Shown here piece by piece: positions 35,406 through 48,500 of a stretch of DNA of 64,000 nt. Position 1 is the first letter of the stretch, and every line of letters begins with the position of its first letter. Source of the stretch: Macrostomum lignano (Eukaryota); assembly GCA_002269645.1 (NCBI GenBank), contig NIVC01001035.1, forward strand, positions 124,001 to 188,000, written 5' to 3'. Below the pieces are notes generated by a model that had not been told where the DNA came from, made no database searches, and saw nothing but the letters and a program-made list of their open reading frames with translations. The position numbers and the translations under genes are program-made.

Positions 35406-38236
35406 ATGGCTCGAAAAGCGACAGGTGTTCGGCATCTGCTGGCCACTCCGTCCATTTTGATCAGCCTGCTGGTATTCGGCCTCTCAGCTAGCGGCTCACC
35501 AGCCGAGGACTCTGGCGTGGCAGCGCTGGCGCTAACACCCACTGGCAGCGCATCGTCCAACGCTAGCAGCGACTCTTGGCAACGCCTGCTGTTCAACCAG
35601 GCCAAGTACGATCACAGGTACGCTAACAGGAAGCCGAAACCGGAGCTGCCGCTGCTGCAGCCCAAGCAGCCGAGCGGCGACTCTGCTCCGTCGACTGCCG
35701 CTACTAACGTGCCATTCGAAGAGCAAGACTATCGCCTGGAGGAGGTGCTGATGCGGCCGGGACAAATGATCGAGCTGCTTGGTGAGAAAGCAGTAAAATG
35801 CCTGACAAACCACAAACCACATCAAAGCGAGTATCCGTGAGTCAGTGTAAACACTCCTGGGGTGAAATCACACAAGCCTCAAGTGCAAAAGAAATGCTTT
35901 GGTGCGAGATTCAACTCTAAAGACCACACGCAGGGACAACTTAAACTAAAGTTGTTGTCCCTAACCGCACGGCTCAATTAAAACTGCTGAACCTGCTAAA
36001 AGCCCATAAGACACCAAAAACCAACGGGACCAGGCAGACGCAAGCTTTTAAAGTTAACTGACAGGCCATTATACCAACCCAATTCATGAAAAAAATGAAT
36101 AGAGAATTCATGTTAAGTTTATGACAGCTTCAAGCAGTAAAGTTACCAATTAACAATATTAACAAGCACAGAAAAAGAAACAACAGATAAGAAAAAACGC
36201 AACAGGCTGTAACTTTGAAGGCCATTATTTGTCTTTAAGAAAGTGAGATAAATTATGGTTAACATAAAATGACTGTTGAAAAAAGTGTCGCTTTGTGGAC
36301 TGAAATTAGTTAAAAACGCAAATTGCCAATCGCGGGTCTAGCAAAATAATTGAAGTTCGTCAGTAATTAGTTAGCAAATTAGTTAATCTGTCAGTTAACC
36401 TTGGTAAAAGCTGCCGACCCAACAACAAATTCTAGGTTGCAAGTCAAATCTGTAGCTCAAATTGCTTGTTTTCTAAGAAAGCAGGCCTTAAATGCCAGTC
36501 TTAGCTCGTAAATAGCGCCCGTGGCCTGTTGCAGTGCATTGGTACCGCGAGTCCCGACAGTCAGGCGCCGGGGCTGACACGAAATTCAGATAGGGTGGCG
36601 AGGCTTAACGGCGACACAAGCGCTAATTGCTCCGTTTAAGGGGGGTTGGAGGTCTGGTAGGTGTCAAAACCAGTTCTGTGCGTACGGGGAGGGGCCCAGC
36701 CAGTCCATAACAAGCGCCACAGTCGGCAAACAGCCAATAAAGAAGAATGACGGCTTTGGCGGCCGCTAAATGGCCTATTTTTGTTTTTTCTCTCGCAAAC
36801 TCGGACGATTTAAAAGCATTAGCAGGTACCGCTTTTTATTAGGAAGCCCTGCTACGCTCCCAACACGGAAAACAACAAATTGTTCACGCCCCTCACGCCG
36901 CTGCTGCTGCGCTACCAGCGTAGAGACACTCAAAACGTTTTGAAAAACCTTTTTTCTGACTCGACCATCCTTAGAGGCCATGCAATTAATTATCCTGCAA
37001 AAACTCCAAAGTATTTGCTAATTGGTGCGGACACAGGAAAAATGAATATATATGGCTCGTACATATAATCTCGTGTATTCTCTCAGTAAAACTCCAAGGC
37101 GTGACTCATAGCTCATCATTTATCTTAAGCCTCGACTGACTAAGCATTTTTATATAATTCCCGAAAGCTTATTATTATACTATAGGGCCTGATGGATGAG
37201 ATGCACAAAATTATCTAAGCTTCCATTTTGTTATTGAGTCACGTCAAGCTTTCTTCTATCAAGCGTGACTTGAGCATTATATAGTGACTAATCGGCATGA
37301 GAAAGCACATTCAAGTCTAGATAAAGACTGTTCTATGCAGTACATGCCTTGCGATTTACGAGCCTCAGGATCGTAATATGAATGCTTCTCACTACATATG
37401 CCTTAGTTTGCTCGGCAGCCAGGTGCTCTAACAGAACCAGATAGCGATGGCCTTAGCAACACTAGCTTAGCAAGATGCCTCATTAATTACAAATGGTGAT
37501 CGAGCAAGGGAGGGGCTTCCAGTTGCTTCAAAACAAACCTCGTTACAGTTTAGAATCAAGGCGACATACGCAATAACAAAGTAACAATTCTGTCAAAAGC
37601 TTCCTGACGCATCCCTGTCTGCGAATTCCAACCCATCCAGGCCTGTCCAACTACCTGCCTCGCTACATGCGATTCGAGAGGCCGCCAGAAGCCGCTAACA
37701 AGTGGGGCAGCAGACACTCGGCGACTTTCGACAAGGACTACGACTACTATGACGTCGCGGATGATGAAGGGGACGACGATGACGACAGAGGCGGGCGTCG
37801 CGGCCAGAAGCCGAGTCTCGAGCAGCTGCTGATGGTGCCGCGCCGCTCCTCCAAGCACCTCAGACGGAGGCGACATCGCGCCAGTCGCCGCGCTCGCCGC
37901 CGTCGGGACGAAAAGAACAACCAGCTGGCCTTCCTTCGCCGACCACAGCGTCGTCGGCTTCGACGCTACCTGCTGGAGGCCACGGCCTGTCGGGTGGCGC
38001 CTGGCTGGCGCGACCTCGGCAAGGCGTTCTGGCCGCGCTGGCTCCGACAAGGCGAGTGCCGGCAGCCTCCCAGCGGCAGTTGCTCCATCCCCAGTGGAAT
38101 GCGCTGCCAACCAGACAGGAAGCGCCGGCTGTACGTGCTGCGCTACCTGTGCGCCAGGCACTGGCACAGGTCGCAGTGCCGCTGGGTGAGGCAGAGCATG
38201 CAGGTGCTGCGAAGCTGCAAGTGCAGCTGCAGCTGA
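35406..38236 (+). CDS. nog: Noggin (BMP antagonist), 323 aa. Exons 35406-35781 and 37641-38236
   Basis: Signal peptide; C-terminal ACRVAPGWRDLGKAFWPRWLRQGEC..SCSIPSGMRCQP..VLRYLC..QCRW..VLRSCKCSC has the noggin 9-Cys pattern. Phase-1 intron G|GTGAGA...CCAG|GC; total length 972 nt is in frame. Confidence 0.92.
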
Positions 38237-38611
38237 TCCGCCGGGAGGTGCCGCTTCACGGCTTACAGTCAGTGACCGATGTTACAATTTTTATCACAAC
38301 TATACCAGTATAATCTGTGAATAATGATATTTAGTGGGGCATACCGGTATTTAGCAGAGGGCCGAGGCAATCATGAAAAGGAAAAATAGAAAGACGCTTC
38401 AGTTTATCAATCACAAAAAATTGAAAGAAAATCACCTGAAATTTTGAACTGCAAACAAAGCATGCACCGGTGCTTTTTCGGAGGTTGATTCTCAAGCTTG
38501 TCAAAAAAAGCTCAAAATAACACCCGATGAAAACGGTATCCAGGCCGAGAAGCATCCCAGAGTCACTTGTGTCACCCCAGTGTCGTTTAGTCGTAAAAAT
38601 AATATGACATA

Positions 38612-38854
38612 TAGTGTTAGCCAGGACTGGGTTTTGACCACAGACATGCTCCCTTTTTCAACAATTAAAGTCGGTCTACGAGCAATCTATCTCATCCAAA
38701 GAACACAAGTACACACATGCTCTATGTCATTTTCTGCACTGGATAAGATATTATGGTGATTTGAAGAACGTAGCATTCTGATAAACTATTTGGGTGAGAT
38801 ATATTGATAATAGAGAGCATGTCTATGGTCAGAACCCAGCCCTGGCTAACACTG
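38612..38854. mobile_element. MITE with about 40-bp TIRs in noggin 3' flank
   Basis: AGTGTTAGCCAGGACTGGGTTTTGACCACAGACATGCTC versus the reverse complement at 38815-38853 (36/39). No clear TSD. Confidence 0.75.
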
Positions 38855-40039
38855 TGTGCTATGTTCTGTCTGAGATTGGTTGCTTGTAGGCTGATTTAGA
38901 ATGCAAAAAAACCAATATTGCGTCCTACTTCGGTTGCCCGTGAGAAAACTACACTATAAAAGTCAGGAGCAACTCAACCTTTGCCGGAACTTTGCTCATT
39001 AAAAGCTTTGACAAGCCTGTTTGTCAACCTCAGACAAAACACACATACGCTCGCTACATTTCTCTCAATTTAGTGCTAAGAAAACTGAAAACTTCCCACC
39101 TATCAGCCTTCTAATTAAATTGTCAATGGCTCAGGCCTCATTAAGCAACAACCCACAGACAGGAGGGTCTAGATTAAGCGCGAATTTCACTTACATTTAA
39201 TTAGTCTCCCCCACTCCTTCGCGGGAAAACCAACCTCAATTTAAAATAATTATTTTCAAACAATTCTGCACTTGGAGAAACATGACAGCAGGCGATGCAT
39301 CTGGAAAACCGTTACCTCATCATTAGCACCTGCAATCTTCATTTACTATCACCGTTTTGTGTCTGGACATATATGCAGCTGTTTTTTTGTGTTAAAAAGA
39401 ATAAATACACTGCAATAGCTTAAATGCCGTTTGAAGGACGCGAACATTATTAATATATTCATGCCGATCATTAAAAACCCGAAAGCCCAGGAACATTGAA
39501 TCAAGCCAATTAGCTTAACTAATAATAAAATAAATGACAAAGAAAGTTAAAACAGTGATTTTTTTAAAAAATAAATATGCACTACTTACTTGATTGCTGG
39601 CAAGTAGTGTGCATACAAGCCAAAAAATTATATTATTAAAATACCAACGGAAGATCAATCTTCTATTAGTTCGTAGGGTCGAATTGATTTATTTCAGCAA
39701 ACAGTTTTCAGGCTAAATTTAAGCTAAGAAGTTCAGACACAATGATGTTTGTCCTACACAGGAAATGTCGGTAACAAAGGTCTTAAATAAACAAGCTCAT
39801 TCCTCAACAATACGAAGGAATATACAAACCAAACATAAGTTGAAGATGCACAAATGCTGATTAGGCTCCAGTCTAGGGTGGCTTCGAGTCTATTTCAATT
39901 TTATTGCTTTAAACGTACATAGGTTCTCAGCCAAAGTCAATATTTAGGAACATATACTCGTAAAATGAAGGAAGGCTTGTAGTAAAGAGGTGGAAAGTGA
40001 GGGAGACAGGTGCGATAATGAGACTATGAGACGAGAAAA

Positions 40040-40995
40040 AGAGGGTGAGAGGGAGACATTGTGAGGGAGATAAAGGGTGAGAGGGAGACGTTATGGGGGA
40101 CAGGGAGTGTGAGGGAGACAGAGAGAGGGACACAGGGCGAGAGGGAGAAAGTGAGGGAGACAGTGAGTGTGAGGGAGACAGAGAGAGGGACACAGGGCGA
40201 GAGGGAGAAAGTGAGGGAGACAGTGAGAGGGGACAGTGAGAGGGAGACAGTGAGAGGGAGACAGGGTGAGAGGGAGACAGTGAGAGGGAGACAGGGTGAG
40301 AGGGAGACAGTGAGGGAGACAGAGAGGGAGACAGTGAGAGGGAGACAGTGAGAGGGAGACAGTGAGAGGGGGACAGTGAGAGGGGGACAGTGAGTGAGAG
40401 GGAGACAGTGAGAGGGAGACAGTGAGAGGGAGACAGTGAGAGAAAGACAGGGTGAGAGGGAGACAGGGTGAGAGGGAGACAGTGAGAGGGAGACAGAGAG
40501 AGGGAGACTGAGAGGGGACAGTGAGAGGGAGACAGTGAGAGGGAGACAGGGTGAGAGGGAGACAGTGAGAGGGAGACAGTGAGAGGGGGACAGTGAGAGG
40601 GGGACAGTGAGTGAGAGGGAGACAGTGAGAGGGGACAGTGAGAGGGAGACAGTGAGGGAGACAGAGAGGGAGACAGTGAGAGGGAGACAGTGAGAGGGAG
40701 ACAGGGTGAGAGGGAGACAGTGAGAGGGAGACAGTGAGAGGGAGACAGTGAGAGGGAGACAGTGAGAGGGAGACAGTGAGAGGGAGACAGTGTGAGAGGG
40801 AGACAGTGAGAGGGAGACAGTGAGAGGGGGACAGTGAGAGGGGGACAGTGAGTGAGAGGGAGACAGTGAGAGGGAGACAGTGAGAGGGAGACAGGGTGAG
40901 AGGGAGACAGTGAGAGGAAGACAGTGAGAGGGAGACAGTGAGAGGGAGACTGAGAGGGGACAGTGAGAGGGAGACAGTGAGAGGGGGACAGTGAA
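40040..40995. repeat. 14-bp purine-rich minisatellite (GTGAGAGGGAGACA)n
   Basis: Read directly. Confidence 0.96.
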
Positions 40996-41143
40996 AAGCA
41001 CACTCTAGCTGTAATTAAGGGTCAAGTGAGAGGACTAAGGAACTGGAACCTGACTCTTACCTCGCTAAACTATGAAAAACGCCACGCGATGCACAAGCAA
41101 ATGCCACTTGATCAAAGGCAAAGCACTAAAGAGAGATAAGCAT

Positions 41144-41497
41144 TCAACTTCCAGTAGGTCTGGCAGCTCCGCTCTGCTGTACAGCTGCAGCAGCCTTAGC
41201 CGCGGTGTCCGACTGCTGCTGGGAAATCTGCTGCAGTTTGTTACCGACAACCTCGTGCAGCTCCATGTATTTGGCAACGCAGCGGTCGATGCAAACAGCC
41301 TCAGCTTTGGTTAGTTCCGTGTCATTATAGCTGGGCTGCACGCATTTGGTGTTGCACGACTCCATCACTCTGTTATAGAGATCCTGCATCATCTCAACTT
41401 CCAGCATCTGCTGGCTCACTAGCAGTCGCTCGTCTGGCGAACCACTGGGCGGCCGCCCCGCCTGCTGCTGAGAGCCGCCACCGAGACCGAACCAAGA
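41144..41497 (-). CDS. TIMM10: Mitochondrial import small Tim chaperone TIM10; main exon, initiator ATG supplied by an upstream exon or leader
   Basis: [41 protein letters not shown] is the twin CX3C Tim10 signature. The exon starts at acceptor TTGCAG|TCT (phase 0), giving SWFGLGGG. Confidence 0.93.
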   Translation of the reverse strand, partial: SWFGLGGGSQQQAGRPPSGSPDERLLVSQQMLEVEMMQDLYNRVMESCNTKCVQPSYNDTELTKAEAVCIDRCVAKYMELHEVVGNKLQQISQQQSDTAAKAAAAVQQSGAARPTGS

Positions 41498-41544
41498 CTG
41501 CAAGTTGGGCCAAGCTTTGCATTGTTAGTGCAGTCACAGGAACT

Positions 41545-42240
41545 ACTGATACTACTGGCTCTACTGATACTACTGGCTCTACTGATACTACTGGCCCTAC
41601 TGATACTACTGGCCCTACTGATACTACTGGCCCTACTGTTACTATTGGCCCTACTGTTACTACTGGCCCTACTGATACTACTGGCCCTACTGTTACTACT
41701 GGCTCTACTGATACTACTGGCCCTACTGATACTACTGGCCCTACTGATACTACTGGCCCTACTGATACTACTGGCCCTACTGTTACTACTGGCCCTACTG
41801 TTACTACTGGCCCTACTGATACTACTGGCCCTACTGTTACTACTGGCTCTACTGATACTACTGGCCCTACTGATACTACTGGCCCTACTGATACTACTGG
41901 CCCTACTGATACTACTGGCCCTACTGATACTACTGGCTCTACTGATACTACTGGCCCTACTGATACTACTGACCCTACTGAATGATACTACTTATACTAC
42001 TGATACTACTGGCCCTACTGATACTACCAATACTACTGATACTACCAATACTACTGATACTACTGGCCCTACTGATACTACCAATACTACTGATACTACT
42101 GACACTACTGATACTACTAGCTCTACTGATACTACTGGCCCTACTGATACTACCAATACTACTGACACTACTGATATTACTGCCACTACTTATACTATTG
42201 ACACTACTCACACTACCGATCCTACTGACACTACTGATAA
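41545..42240. repeat. 18-bp minisatellite (CTACTGATACTACTGGCC)n degrading into CTA/CTG-rich repeats
   Basis: Read directly; source of the spurious LLILLA ORF. Confidence 0.96.
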
Positions 42241-42345
42241 TACATCACTCTATTTTTGACAAGGCAAGTGCAATTGCAAATGATTCATAGAGTCACTTAT
42301 AAGATTCCTAATAACTCCTAAAATCTTTTCCATTTACCATTTAGA

Positions 42346-42830
42346 TACAAGGGGTGTCCCAGAAGTAGTGTCACTTTTGCTTGCTTCCACAAGTATTAAT
42401 GTGTGTCGAAAAAATCATATGCCTTAAAAGTTAGCGGATTATTTTAGCTTTCATGCCACGAAAGTCCGATTTTTATAAGTGCTTCCTCAGAAGAAAGCCA
42501 CAAGTACAGCTGATCAAGCACAGAGTTGCAAGACAGTTGCAAGTTTGAGGCTGGCCAGCAGTATGTTTTGCCAACTTACCCAAAGGTGGTGGTTGGCCTT
42601 TGATATCTACAGCCAGCCTCAAACTGTTTGATCAACCTGTAAACTGTTTGTTGACTAATGGAATTGGGACCATGAATGCGGGTCAGGTTTTTGCGAATTT
42701 CAGGGCATTTCTGACCAAGACTCCAAAGTGTAAAAATTGCATGTCTCCACCCTTCAGTAGAGTGAATGTTAGGGTTCATGACATGAACAAATCTTGCAGC
42801 TGCTGTCTTGCAACCCTTCAAGATTGGTTG
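42346..42830 (-). mobile_element. Degenerate Tc1/mariner fragment
   Basis: One TIR-like end TA|CAAGGGGTGTCCCAGAAGTAGTGTCAC. Minus-strand peptide RHAIFTLWSLGQKCPEIRKNLTRIHGPNSISQQTVYRLIKQFEAG resembles a mariner N-terminal HTH. No second TIR found. Confidence 0.6.
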
Positions 42831-44229
42831 CTATGCTAGCAAGCTCAAGTCAGTTGTTTCACTTGCTCTAAAGGGCTGGCATTATTTACCAATTTAGCTG
42901 CTCTGAGGATCAGAGATGGCCTAAAAAAGAGCCCAGAGGTTTGAAACTGGTAGACCATATTCAAAAAATATTAAACATGCCATGACATTTCTTCTCTTTC
43001 TCTCTCTGTTTTATACTCAGGATTTTTTGACATTCTACTAGACTGTCTTGACCTACCTTTGGACTATACAGTTTTTTATTCTTTAATATAATGGTACATT
43101 GAATTAAGATGAATTGAATTGGCCTGATAATGTCTATGTTTGACAAAATATGTTGGTTAAAAAGAAACATTTGTATTATGTTTTAGTTGACATTTATTTT
43201 CCTACTTTTTTGACAAGCTACACTTCCGCAGAAGTTGCAGAACTTTTAGACTATCTCAAATTTGCTTTTACTGATTTCAAGACTTATTTTATTGTATCAG
43301 CTATCAATTCAATGTGAAAACATTTCATTTTTATGTCTTATAATGAAGGAGATCTAAATAAATACATTTGTCTAAAATTGTAACTAAGCCTATGGTTTGA
43401 TCTATGCTAGATACCACCTTTCTTACACTAGACTACACTTGCATTACTAGGGGCCAATCTATGCTAGACATTATCTGCAATAATGGCCATTGGCAACAAC
43501 AGGGGTCTGTCCTCCTGATATGAATTCTAGCTATATGCTTATCTTATTCATTTAATTTTAAATGATATATACCACTGTGACTATCTTCCTTTAATATATT
43601 TATTATAGTAAAACTTATAAGTTTAATAAATATTAAAATGCAAAGCTCATGGTCACTTTCTATGGCAAAAATTGGTCAATTTGTAAAAAACATACTTAAA
43701 AGTATTCCCTGCTCCTTACATGCATGTCTCATTAACAATTTCAATGCATTGATAACTAGATTATTATCTACATCTAAGAAAAAACTATCTATTATAAAAT
43801 TGAGAAATAAAGAACATAAACAAAAGATGTCAGCTATATATGACCACCTAATAATATGCAAATAATGCTATAATAGCCAAATTGATAGAAATTATCTATA
43901 TGTGCTCAAATGTATATAGACTAAAAATGCCTTGAGGTTAAGACATGATATACAATATAAAATTGTATAAACTAACCCTAAATAAACAACTCTTTGAATA
44001 TTCTAGATATGCACATGAGATTATCTTGTCCTCTTTCTCTTTTTTACCTTTTGCCAGCGATAAAGAATTGACTCAAATTCTAAGTAAAAAACTCTCACCT
44101 ATTACTCTTATTGTCTCACCTCTTCTTAAACTAATTATATCTTTCTTAGCACTTAACTTTATACTAGCGCTAGCATTCTGGCTAAGAACTGTCAACTAGC
44201 TTACTACTATAGGCCCCCAAGCTAGAAGG

Positions 44230-44420
44230 CAACATCTTGAATCAATACCTTACCTTCAAACTCTCTAAATCTAAGACAAGATTGCTAGATAAAGGACTCA
44301 GTTTTATCCCAACCTAAGCCCTCGATTTGGATGATCTTAGGAACTGCATGATAAAATTTTATTATAAATTCTTCTAAAGACTTTGTCAAGAAGAGGGCAG
44401 TGTCTTGCCATTAGTAGCCC
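44230..44420 (+). mobile_element. Possible Penelope-like ORF N-terminal relic
   Basis: FKLSKSKTRLLDKGLSFIPT* resembles the Penelope LSKGL[SN]F.PT motif; short and interrupted by stops. Confidence 0.4.
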
Positions 44421-45569
44421 ACCCTTTTTTATTGGGAAATCAGTGAAAGAAGTTCCTCTTAGTCTTAAAAGGGATGAGTGCAACTTGTTTGGAATTGAGA
44501 ACCAAAAACTAATAGGATTTGACAATGGTTTAGGTCAAAGGCAACATAGAGGCACCAGTGACCAAAGCAATTCAAGGGCTTAAGGTCTATAGAGCAATAG
44601 GTCCTAGGCCTAATAATGGAACAATAAGAATAAGCAATATATAAACTAAAGTTAGCTAAAGTTTTCTACTCATTAACATACCTTTAAACATTAGCCAAAA
44701 ATTATTTAGCTCAGCTCTATCTATAGGTAGGGGGTCCAGTGAGAAAATTTTTTTTCTGAATTCTTAAATTTTAACTATGCCATTTTGTAGATCTGGATGT
44801 TCTGATTGAAATGACACCAAGGTTTTGAAAATCGGTTCAGTAATAAAAAAGTTATTGAGGTTTTTCTTCTGAAAAAATGCATCTTTTTTCGTATCTCAAA
44901 TACACTAGAAACTGTGCTGTTTTTGGAGGAAAAATCATGTTTTTCGCAGTAAAATCTGTATAACATTTTTATTTTTCAACCAATCTTGGTGCTTTTGGTG
45001 TCATTTTGTAGCATTTTGTTTCCACTTTTTGATCCTGTATTCTGATGTGTACATGTGTTGCTGGAATTAATGCACTTTAGTGGAGATTGGCAAAAATTTG
45101 TTAAATACTATTTTTCCCAGGATATATTACTTTTACTTATTTAGGGTATATCTCCATAATTCCTGAACCAATCTTATTGTTTTTGGTGTCATTTTGTAGC
45201 TCTTTGTTGCCACTTGTGGATCTTATATTCTACTAGGCACATATGCTACTAGGGTGTATAGAATTCAGTGGAAATGGGAGAAAATAAGTAAATAACTAAT
45301 TATCCCAGGCCCAGGGTATAGTCTTTTTTTAGTATAGCCAATATAGGTATATTTCCATTTACCTTATCATATTGATTATTGTCCTTCAAATGGTTTCAAA
45401 TGGCTTTTTTGACATTAGCAGTATTAGTAGAATGAATTAGTAACTTTTACTAAAATGACACAAAGTCACAACATATCCCCATTTGGCCATTTCCATGACC
45501 ATGCCCATGGCATGGGCCATGGCCATGACACTACATGACATTTCAGCCTTTGCATAGCTTCTGGTCATC

Positions 45570-48500
45570 ATGGCTAGTCCTAATTCTGAGCCTGAGCTTC
45601 AGGCTGAGCCCAAGCCCAAGGGGACTGAGGCAGGGCAGGAGACCAGGGTCACTAACGGTCTCATGCTTGCCACCCTGGAAACCGCCATGGACGCAAAGTT
45701 GCCCACCACTGAGATCTGGGACTCCTTGGCAGAGTGTATAGATTTGCCAAGTGAGACAAGCTCGGACGGCCTCAGGCTTCTCCATCGTGTGGTGCTGAAG
45801 CTGAAGGCGAAGTCGCGGGACCTGCAGCGGTCAAGGGTGCGCGAGGAGGCTGCTGGCAAGAAGAGTGCCTGGTCCAGCTTCATGGAGGCTGCTTTCGTCT
45901 GTCCTGGTGGAGTGATGGCGACTGCAACCCAGGCGCTGCCCATTCCTCGCACACCAGTCGGCCGAGCGTCCTCTTCTGCTGCTGCTGCTGTTGTTGTTGT
46001 TGTTGTTTTGGTGGTACGCGCCCAGGCAGAGCTAAGGGCAGTGTCTGGCCAGCGCTATCAACCCGAGGGGGTCGGCGGAAATGCTGCTGATGTCTGTCGT
46101 GGGTCCTCCAAGAAGGCGGAGCCTGGTGCCGGCGAGAGCTGGGCAGTCAAGCCAGTGTTCCAGGTCATCGCAGGGATGGCCGCAGCGGTGACATGCTGGG
46201 TCGACGGCCGGGTCGACAATGCTGCGATACGCGTTGAAAAGAGTGCAGTGACCTGAGCGTAAGCGCGCAAGAAGCACCGCATCGGCACGGTTGGTGATGG
46301 AGTCCTCTTCCAATTGACGGTTGAGAAGCCGGTACGCGTGCCGGGTGCGCTCGTGGCGTATCGGGGGATCGAGGACGGATCTTCTGATGACGTTTTTGGC
46401 GCTGTGGATGCTGATCTGACTAGCGGGAGACACGAGCGTGGTGGCCTCTTTGGCTGCTTGGTCGGCCAGCTCGTTGCCAGGAATATTCTGGTGGCCCGGA
46501 ACCCACTGCCAGGTGATTTCGGCAGATGCAGTAGGTAGTGCAGATCTGATTCTGGGGTTGCCGCTGGCCAGAGCGCGGAGCATAGATTGGCTGTCTGAGC
46601 AGATGTTGGTAGCCGCGGTGAGAGCAGCTTGGTTGATCCAGCCGATGGCGAGAGAGGCGGCGCGAAGCTCCTCTTCGAACGAGGATGTGGAGGGCGCGCC
46701 GCGCTGTTGAAGAGTCGCCAGGATGATAGGGTGGGCTGGGTCACCGGTCGTGACGATGGCTGAGGCGCCGCCATTGGTCGTGCCGCCTGATGCCGAGCCG
46801 TCGCAGTAGATGGTGATCAGGCCTGGGAGGTGGCGGATAGTGTCGATGGCCGTGGCTGTGCGCGCGGGACCGGGTTCCGGCAACGCCATGTCGACACGCA
46901 CGTCGGTAGAGAAAGGGTCCCAAGGCGGCGGACGAGCAGTGCAGATCATGGCGCGCGGCGTGACCGAGCTAGCAATGAGTGGCAGCAGGTCGGTGACGTG
47001 GTTCCGCCAACTGTTCCTGCGTAGCCTGTGCGCTGTGTTTCCAGTGGCGGCAATGCGGCACGGGTGAGAATCCGGGAGGCGCTGAGCTCTTTCGAAGGCC
47101 GTCAGGCAGATAACATTGCTACCAGTGCGGACGGAGCAGATGCCAGCTTCCAGCCTAAGGGCCTCAACCGGAGTCGTGCGGTGTTGTCCTGTGACAATAC
47201 GAAGGGCTGCGTTCTGCGCTCTCTCCAGCTGTTGAAACGCGGATTCAGAGAGCCAAGGGTGCCAGGCCGGCGCAGCGAAGTTAATGATGCTAAGTTGCAT
47301 GGCACGGTAAATGCGGAGCAGGAGTTTTTTGGACCATCCCCATTCCTTGGAGGCCAAGCAGGCGAGGAGACGGCATCGGGAAGTGGTCCGATTGCACACG
47401 TGCTCCAGATGACTGCGGAAACTCAGAGTGCGGTCCAGTGTGAGGCCCAGCAGCCGAGGCGTTGGATTGTGCCGCAGGTTCCGGCCTTCGATAGAGATAG
47501 CCGGGGACCAGGCGGCTTCGCTGGTGTCCGTGGAGAAAAAGGCGGCCTCGCTTTTGTCTGGGTTTAGGACCATTTTGTGCTCATTGCTCCAGCGGGCCAC
47601 GTTGTCGAGTGCTCTTTGCACAGCGCGTTGAGCCTCGAGCTTGTTGCGGTGGCGGGCGCGGAGGGCGATGTCGTCGGCATACATGGAGATCTCTGCCGGC
47701 GGGTTGACCACGTCATTGACCGTGTCAATGAAAATAAGGAAGAGAAACGGAGCGATGACCGATCCTTGCGGGAGGCCCTGGCGCATGATAACCGGTGAGC
47801 TGCGAGCACCGTGGAGTTGCACGCGGGCAATGCGATGGCGCAAAAAGGCCGCAGTCCATTTGATAAAGACAAGAGGGACGCGTTTGCGTGCCATAACGGT
47901 GATGAGGCGCTCACGCCACACTTTGTCAAAGGCTTTACAAAAATCAAGCAGAGCAATGATCGTGCGTTCAGATGGTTTGAGGTTCATCCCGTCGCTGATG
48001 TCTTGGGTGACTCTCAGGAGCTGATCCTCGCAGGAGTAGTTGGCCCGAAACCCCGCCTGGTTCGGGGAGATCCAGCCGTGGCGCTCAGCCAGGTGGTGCA
48101 ATCTAGTGACCAGGATGCGCTCGAGCAGCTTGACAATACAGGATGTGAGGCTGATGGGGCGAAAGGCCGCGATGTCCCGAGCTGACTTTCCAGCCTTGAG
48201 CAGGGGAATAATAATCGCGGTGCGCCAGGATTGAGCGACGGCCGCGTGCTGGAAGGACCAGTTGAAGAGACTAAGCAGCTCTGCGCGGGCGAGCGGGCCA
48301 AGGGCCTTAATGAACCGAGGCGTGACCTCGTCGGCGCCAGCAGCGCCGTTAGCACGCTGGTGTTGGATGGCGGAGTCCAGTTCCTGCTCGGTGATGGCGG
48401 CGTAACCGTCGTGGGTCGAACCTGGGAGCGGAAGGGGAAGCCGAAGGATGGCTTTGGCTTCTCGGATAGTAGCGCGATCCGAATGGGAAATGTGGTACCT

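Noticed and set aside
41522-42259. Leu-rich then Thr-rich ORF resembling a membrane mucin
   Set aside because: Translation of an 18-bp minisatellite upstream of, or intronic to, TIM10 on the opposite strand.
45991-46256. C-terminal part of ORF 45570-46256 (VVVVV...)
   Set aside because: Read-through into the antisense LINE tail; the real transposase continues at 50715.
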